From: Candidatus Eiseniibacteriota bacterium
Lineage (GTDB): Bacteria; Eisenbacteria; RBG-16-71-46; CAZAMP01
Assembly (NCBI GenBank): GCA_965224245.1
Contig: OZ245046.1
Coordinates: 384,001-448,000 of the forward strand
DNA: 64,000 bases
Reading direction: 5' to 3'
Positions 58,463 to 64,000 of this stretch are shown here, piece by piece. How positions within the stretch are numbered: position 1 is the first letter of the stretch; each line of letters begins with the position of its first letter. The notes beneath the pieces were generated by a model that saw nothing but the letters and a program-made list of their open reading frames with translations, was not told the origin of the DNA and made no database searches. The translations under genes and the position numbers were made by a program.

Positions 58463-59359
58463 TCAGCCCTGGATCGCGGCGTCGTTCTCCACGAGCTCGC
58501 GGACGTAGTCCTCGACCCGCCGGCGCGCGCGCCACCCGATCTCGCTGGCTCGCAGGATGTCCAGCGACGCGCTCATGCGGTTCCCCGATCGCGCCGGCAG
58601 CATCTGGACATCGCCGCCGAACAGCTTGGCGAGATCGAGGATCGAGTAGCTCTCCAGGGCGCCCAGCCCGAACTCGTCGCACTCGCCGTGCATGCCCACG
58701 AGGAGCAACCCCTCGACGATGTCGAGAACGTGGGTGAAGTTGCGTTTCTGCGTACCGGGCGATACGACCGGGAGGGGCTCGCCGCGCCGCCGCTTCTCGG
58801 CGAAGATCGCGACCACGGTACCGAACTCGTTCGAGAGCTCCCGGGGTCCGTACACGTTGTAGAAATACGTGATGGCGAACCGGAGCCCGAACCACTCCCC
58901 GTAGTTCTTGACCAGCTCGGTGTTGGCGGCCTTGGTCCACGCGTACGGGCTCTGGTTGATGCCGAGCCCGCCGTCGCCGAACTTGGTGCTGGAGCCGGCG
59001 TACACGAGCTTGCAGCTGCGCTTGCGACAGAACTCGAGGATCGCGAACGTGCCCGCCACGTTGAAGTCCCAGACCCGCTGGACGTCCTCGAAGCTCTTCT
59101 CGACGCGCGCGTACTCCCCGAGGTGATAGACGAGGCTCGTCTCCTCCGGGACCAGCTCGGCGACGTCCTTGGTGTGCCCGCTGCGATAGTCGACGCCCTC
59201 GACGTGATTGTCGCGCGATCCGGTCGAGTAGTTGTCCAGGGAGATGACCGTGTGACCGTCACCGTGTAGGCGCTCGCACAGGTGCGAGCCGATGAAGCCC
59301 GCGCCCCCGGTGACCAGAATCGGGCCGTCGCCGAACTGTCCCTCGATCATCTCCAGCAT
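58463..59359 (-). CDS. NAD-dependent nucleotide-sugar epimerase/dehydratase (extended SDR)
   Basis: ILVTGGAGFIGSHL, YAGSS, YAWTK, NVYGP. Confidence 0.92.
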   Translation of the reverse strand: MLEMIEGQFGDGPILVTGGAGFIGSHLCERLHGDGHTVISLDNYSTGSRDNHVEGVDYRSGHTKDVAELVPEETSLVYHLGEYARVEKSFEDVQRVWDFNVAGTFAILEFCRKRSCKLVYAGSSTKFGDGGLGINQSPYAWTKAANTELVKNYGEWFGLRFAITYFYNVYGPRELSNEFGTVVAIFAEKRRRGEPLPVVSPGTQKRNFTHVLDIVEGLLLVGMHGECDEFGLGALESYSILDLAKLFGGDVQMLPARSGNRMSASLDILRASEIGWRARRRVEDYVRELVENDAAIQG

Positions 59360-59420
59360 CCTCGCTCGTGGTGTACCGCTCGCGCCCCAAGCCTCGGCCT
59401 CGACTGCAAACGGCGATCAT

Positions 59421-59441
59421 CCGAGATATGTCATGTCTCGG
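59421..59441. promoter_or_regulatory. Near-perfect palindrome upstream of the epimerase
   Basis: CCGAGATATG-T-CATGTCTCGG (10-bp arms, 1 mismatch). Confidence 0.4.
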
Positions 59442-60085
59442 TCAAGCCGGTGGCTTTGCCCAGTCGGCCGACGGTCGGGTCCGGCCGACGGGGCCCGGTC
59501 CGCGGGCGTCGATGCCGTGTTTTTGGACGATCCGAGCCGATCGGCTCCTCAGTCCTCGTTCGGCCGCGAGTCCCTGCCCCGAGATCGACACCGATCCCAA
59601 CCCGATGAGCTCCTCGTCGCCGGCCACGGCGAAGGCCGCATCGTTGGGGAACTCGAGCGAGCTCGCGGATCGCTCATGTCGTTCACGCGAATCCCGCCGC
59701 CGAACACGACCGGGCTGAACGCGAGCACTCGACCGCGCTTGCGGTGTTCAGTGGAAGCGTGGCGGCCGACCGCCGGACCACCGCCATGAGCAGGTATCGA
59801 GTCGGGACATGATCGGATCTCGTCATCCTGGATGAGAAACGTCGGCGGCCGGGGCACCTCGCCGGCGGGATTTCGAAACGGACGCAGCGTCCGAAATCTA
59901 GGAGAGAGCGAGGCAAGGGACCGGGCTGCTGTGGCTCGGCGCTCGGCCCTCGGGAGAGCCCCGCTTCCTGGACAGACGGGTCGTCTGGCGGTATAGTCCA
60001 GGTCATTAAATGGACAAAAAGACCACCGTGGAATGCTGATTCCGAGCTCCCGAGCGTTTACCGTTGCGGCGTCCGGGGGAGGGAC

Positions 60086-61483
60086 ATGAACGCGCGTCGC
60101 CGGATCGACAAGCAGAAGCTCGTCATCGTCGCCAATCGCCTGCCGGTTCGGCGCTCCGGGCACGGGGCGCAGCGGCGCTGGGTGCTGAGCCCCGGAGGGC
60201 TCGTGCGGGCGCTCACGCCGGTCCTGAGGACGCGAGAGGGTGTCTGGGTCGGCTGGTGGGGTAGTGTCGGCCGCGCTCCGGAACCCTTCGACCACGACGG
60301 CATCCACCATCTGCCGGTCGGTCTCAATCGACGGGAGTTCGAGCAGTTCTACGAGGGCTTCTCCAACCGCACCATCTGGCCGCTCTACCACGATGCCGTT
60401 CGCTGGCCGGAGTTCCGGCGCGAGTGGTGGTCCGCGTACGTCGCCGTCAACGAGCGTTTCGCCGCCGCCGTGGAGCGCGTGGCCGCGCGCGGGGCCACGA
60501 TCTGGGTGCACGACTACCATCTCCAGCTCGTGCCCGGCATGCTGCGAGCGGCCCGACCGGATCTCCGGATCGGGTTCTTCCTGCACATTCCGTTTCCGCC
60601 TCAGGAGCTGTTCTCGCAGCTCCCGTGGCGCCAGCAGATTCTCGAGGGACTGATGGGCGCGAACGCCGTCGGGTTCCAGACACGCGTGGGGGCTCAGAAC
60701 TTCATCCAGCTCGCGCGTCACTACACCCCGGCGGCGAGATCCCGCACGGGCCTGACGGTCGATGGGCGCACCGTGGTGGCAGGCGACTTTCCGATCTCGA
60801 TCGACCACCGACAGTTCGAGGCGGTGGCAGCCGATCCCGAGGTCCGGGCCAAGGCGGCCGACACCCGGCGGAGGCTCGGCAACCGGCGCATCGTTCTCGG
60901 CGTCGATCGTCTGGATTACACCAAGGGGATTCACCGGCGGCTCCGTGCGTTCGACGAGCTCCTGACCGAGGGCAACGGCATATCCGCGGCGAACTGCGTG
61001 ATGGTCCAGGTTGCGGTCCCGAGCCGGGAAGAGGTCCTCCACTACGCCCAGGAGAAGCGACGCGTCGAGGAGACCGTCGGGCTCGTCAACGGGAAGCACG
61101 GACAGGTCGGACGCAGTGCGGTCCAGTACCTCCACCGCAGTCTCGACATGAAGGACCTGGTGGCGCTGTACCTGGCCGCGGACGTGATGCTGGTCACGCC
61201 GTTTCGCGACGGCATGAACCTCGTGGCCAAGGAGTTCGTGGCCACACGCCTGGACGACACCGGCGTCCTCATCCTGAGCGAGTTCACCGGCGCCGCGCAC
61301 CAGCTGAAGCGCGCGCTCCTGGTGAACCCACACGATCTCGACGGGATGCGGGGCACGCTACGCCGGGCGCTGACGATGCCGGAGCGGGACGTCAAGCGTC
61401 GCATGCGCGCGCTCCGGGCGGTGGTCCGGCGACAGGACGTCTACGAGTGGGCCAACCAGTTCCTGGACGCGCTCGAGACGTGA
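60086..61483 (+). CDS. otsA: Trehalose-6-phosphate synthase (GT20)
   Basis: VANRLP, SPGGL, WPLYH, WVHDYHL, FFLHIPFP, VDRLDYTKG, DGMNLVAKE. Confidence 0.95.
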   Translation: MNARRRIDKQKLVIVANRLPVRRSGHGAQRRWVLSPGGLVRALTPVLRTREGVWVGWWGSVGRAPEPFDHDGIHHLPVGLNRREFEQFYEGFSNRTIWPLYHDAVRWPEFRREWWSAYVAVNERFAAAVERVAARGATIWVHDYHLQLVPGMLRAARPDLRIGFFLHIPFPPQELFSQLPWRQQILEGLMGANAVGFQTRVGAQNFIQLARHYTPAARSRTGLTVDGRTVVAGDFPISIDHRQFEAVAADPEVRAKAADTRRRLGNRRIVLGVDRLDYTKGIHRRLRAFDELLTEGNGISAANCVMVQVAVPSREEVLHYAQEKRRVEETVGLVNGKHGQVGRSAVQYLHRSLDMKDLVALYLAADVMLVTPFRDGMNLVAKEFVATRLDDTGVLILSEFTGAAHQLKRALLVNPHDLDGMRGTLRRALTMPERDVKRRMRALRAVVRRQDVYEWANQFLDALET

Positions 61484-61532
61484 GCGTGACCCTCGACGTC
61501 GGAACCCGACACCCCGGAGGCAACACCATCCG

Positions 61533-64000
61533 ATGAACGACCTGGATCGACGTCTAGAGGCGATCGCGCGCGTGCCGGTTCTGCTCGTGGCCACCGACTA
61601 CGACGGGACGCTCTCGCCGATCGTGCCGAATCCGGCCGAGGCGCGTCCCAACCGCGAGGCGATCGTGGCGCTCCGGAACCTGGCCGCGCTCGAGCAGACG
61701 CACGTGGCGGTGATCTCCGGCCGGGCGCTCGCGGACCTGGCGTCCCTGGCCGGGCTGCCGGACGAGGTACATCTGGTGGGAAGTCATGGCAGCGAGTTCG
61801 ATCCGGACTTCCTGGAGTCACTATCCGATCCGGCGCGGAGCCTTCGCGACGATCTGCGTGACCGGTTGACGGCGATCGCGCGCGCACACTCGGGGTTCCT
61901 CGTGGAGACCAAGCCGGCCAGCGTGGCGTTCCACTACCGGAACGCTCCCGACGACGTGGCCGTGCGTGCGCTCGCCGAGATCGAGGCCGGCCCCGGCCGG
62001 GCCGAGGGCGTTCACACGCGTCACGGCAAGAAGGTCGTCGAGCTGGCGGTCATGGACACCCACAAGGGGCAGGCGCTCGAGGCGCTTCGGTCCCGCGTCG
62101 GCGCCTCGGCCGTCGTGTTCCTGGGCGACGATCGCACCGACGAGGATGCGTTCGCGACGCTCAGGGGACCAGACCTCGGCGTCAAGGTGGGATCCGGCCG
62201 GACGATCGCGACCCACCGCGTGTCGGACACGACCGAGGTGGCGCGCCTGATCGCCCATCTGTCCGAGCGCCGGGCCGCATGGCTGCGCAACGAGACCGCC
62301 GACGGGATCGAGGAGCACGCGATGCTGTCCGATCAACGCACGGCGGCGCTGGTGTCGCCGGCGGGGCGTGTCGTGTGGTTCTGCGCGCCGCGGCTCGATT
62401 CGCCGGCGCTGTTCGCCCAGATCGTGGGCGATCCGAGCTCGGGCTCCTTCGCGATCGCGCCGGCCGGGGACGATCCCCCGCGTCCGACCCAGCGCTACCT
62501 GGACCGGACGATGGTTCTCGTGTCCGAGTGGCCGAGCGTGCGTGTGACCGACTTCCTGGATTGCTCCAGCACCGAGCTCAGCCAACGTACCGGTCGGGTC
62601 GACCTGATCCGCCTCGTCGAGGGCGCGGGACAGGTGTCGGTGACCTTCGCCCCGCGGCTCGACTACGGGAGAACCGCGACCGGCATCGAGGTGCACGAGG
62701 GGGGACTGATCGTCCAGAACGCGTTCGACCCGATCGTGCTGGCATCGCCGGGCGTGAGCTGGCGCGTGGAGACCGAGGGGCGGCATCAGACCGCGCGGGC
62801 CGAGATCGAGCTCCGGGACGAGCCGGTGGTGTTCGAGCTTCGCTATGGGACGCGCAGCCTGAGGGCCGACGTCCAGAAGGCGCTGCAGCGCCGCGACCGC
62901 ACGGCCCGCTTCTGGTCCTCCTGGTCCGCACGGCTCACGCTGCCCCGCACGCATCACGAGCTCGTGGAGCGGAGCGCACTCGTCCTGCGCGCGCTCTGTC
63001 ACGATCCCACCGGCGCGATCGCCGCCGCCGCCACCACGAGCCTGCCCGAGCACATCGGCGGCATCCGGAACTGGGACTATCGCTACTGCTGGCTCCGTGA
63101 CGGCGCCATGGCCGCGTCCTCGCTCGTCCGACTGGGCTCGTTGACCGAGGCGATGCGCTTTCTGGACTGGGTGCTCGGCGTGGTCGATCGCACGCCGTCA
63201 CCCGAGCGTCTGCGTCCGCTCTACACGCTCGTCGGGGGCGATCTCCCCCCCGAGGCCGAGATCGCCGAGCTGGCCGGGTACCGGGGCAGCCGCCCGGTCC
63301 GCGTCAGCAACGCGGCGGCCGGTCAGGTGCAGCTCGACGTGTTCGGTCCGGTGCTCGAGCTCATCCACCTGCTCCTGGAGCGCGACGCACCCCTCTTCGC
63401 CGAGCACTGGCGTCTGGCCGAGGCGCTGGTGGAGGCGGTGGCGAAGCGCTGGCAGGAGCCGGATCACGGCATCTGGGAGTTCCGCACCACGCCCCGGCAC
63501 TACGTGCACTCCAAGGCGATGTGCTGGCTCGCGGTGGACCGCGGCGCACGTCTGGCCGAGCTGTTCGCCGGACGGCGCCGTCCGGACTGGGAGGCGCTCC
63601 GCGATGCGATCGCCTCGGACGTGGAGGCGAACGCGTGGAACGAGGAGCGAGGCGCCTACACCATCGCCTACGGCTCGCGGGATCTGGACGCGTCGGTGCT
63701 GCTCGTGGGGCTCACCGGTCTGGTTCCGCCGGATCATCCGCGCTTCGTGGCGACCGTGCACGCGATCGAGCGGGAGCTCCGGCGCGGTCCGGTCGTGTAC
63801 CGGTACGATCTGGACGACGGGCTTCCGGGTGTCGAGGGCGGCTTCCACATCTGCACGTCGTGGCTCGTCGAGGCGTACCTGGCCATGGGCCGGCGTTCCG
63901 ACGCCGAGGCGCTGATGGACCGGATGTGCGAGCTGGCGGGCCCGACCGGCCTCATGTCCGAGCAGTACGGGTCGCGATCGCGCCGGGCGCTCGGCAATCA
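61533..64000 (+). CDS. otsB: Trehalose-6-phosphate phosphatase (HAD) fused to a GH15 glycoside hydrolase; runs off the window
   Basis: Read manually, absent from the ORF track: ATG 61533 MNDLDRRL..ATDYDGTL..ISGR..GSHG..GDDRTDEDAF, in frame with GH15 AAATTSLPE..GIRNWDYRYCWLRD, QLDVFG. Confidence 0.9.
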   Translation, partial: MNDLDRRLEAIARVPVLLVATDYDGTLSPIVPNPAEARPNREAIVALRNLAALEQTHVAVISGRALADLASLAGLPDEVHLVGSHGSEFDPDFLESLSDPARSLRDDLRDRLTAIARAHSGFLVETKPASVAFHYRNAPDDVAVRALAEIEAGPGRAEGVHTRHGKKVVELAVMDTHKGQALEALRSRVGASAVVFLGDDRTDEDAFATLRGPDLGVKVGSGRTIATHRVSDTTEVARLIAHLSERRAAWLRNETADGIEEHAMLSDQRTAALVSPAGRVVWFCAPRLDSPALFAQIVGDPSSGSFAIAPAGDDPPRPTQRYLDRTMVLVSEWPSVRVTDFLDCSSTELSQRTGRVDLIRLVEGAGQVSVTFAPRLDYGRTATGIEVHEGGLIVQNAFDPIVLASPGVSWRVETEGRHQTARAEIELRDEPVVFELRYGTRSLRADVQKALQRRDRTARFWSSWSARLTLPRTHHELVERSALVLRALCHDPTGAIAAAATTSLPEHIGGIRNWDYRYCWLRDGAMAASSLVRLGSLTEAMRFLDWVLGVVDRTPSPERLRPLYTLVGGDLPPEAEIAELAGYRGSRPVRVSNAAAGQVQLDVFGPVLELIHLLLERDAPLFAEHWRLAEALVEAVAKRWQEPDHGIWEFRTTPRHYVHSKAMCWLAVDRGARLAELFAGRRRPDWEALRDAIASDVEANAWNEERGAYTIAYGSRDLDASVLLVGLTGLVPPDHPRFVATVHAIERELRRGPVVYRYDLDDGLPGVEGGFHICTSWLVEAYLAMGRRSDAEALMDRMCELAGPTGLMSEQYGSRSRRALGN

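Overview
A very GC-rich bacterial region with no rRNA, tRNA, CRISPR array, transposase, integrase or phage genes that I could recognise. It holds about 45 CDSs. It is dominated by exported proteins. Nine carry a C-terminal FlgD-Ig/T9SS-CTD-like domain (PNPF...WDG...G.Y.RV) on FG-GAP, LVIVD, other propeller or di-heme cargo. Four ORFs end in a short '[S/T]W-x-x-[L/V]-[K/R]' tail. One has a dockerin-like tail and one an IPTL-CTERM-like anchor. This style suggests an FCB-group candidate lineage such as Eisenbacteria, Latescibacterota or Krumholzibacteriota (inference only). Signalling consists of two ECF sigma factors and two soluble Ser/Thr kinase-STAND ATPase-TPR proteins. Other genes: CDF transporter, S9 peptidase with TetR, BNR propeller with MoaD-like protein, YdhR, YbaN, MddA, trypsin-like and retropepsin-PDZ proteases, GT-C-like membrane proteins, racemase, ABC-F, a multiheme lipoprotein, a neudesin-like MAPR cytochrome b5 coupled to a Reeler protein, YncE-like propeller, an epimerase, otsA and an OtsB-GH15 fusion that runs off the window. 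Best leads: (1) the short C-terminal W-x-x-L-K tail as a second sorting signal, (2) the NLR-like kinase-ECF signalling modules, (3) the eukaryote-like MAPR + Reeler gene pair. All calls come from motif reading only; no database searches were run.
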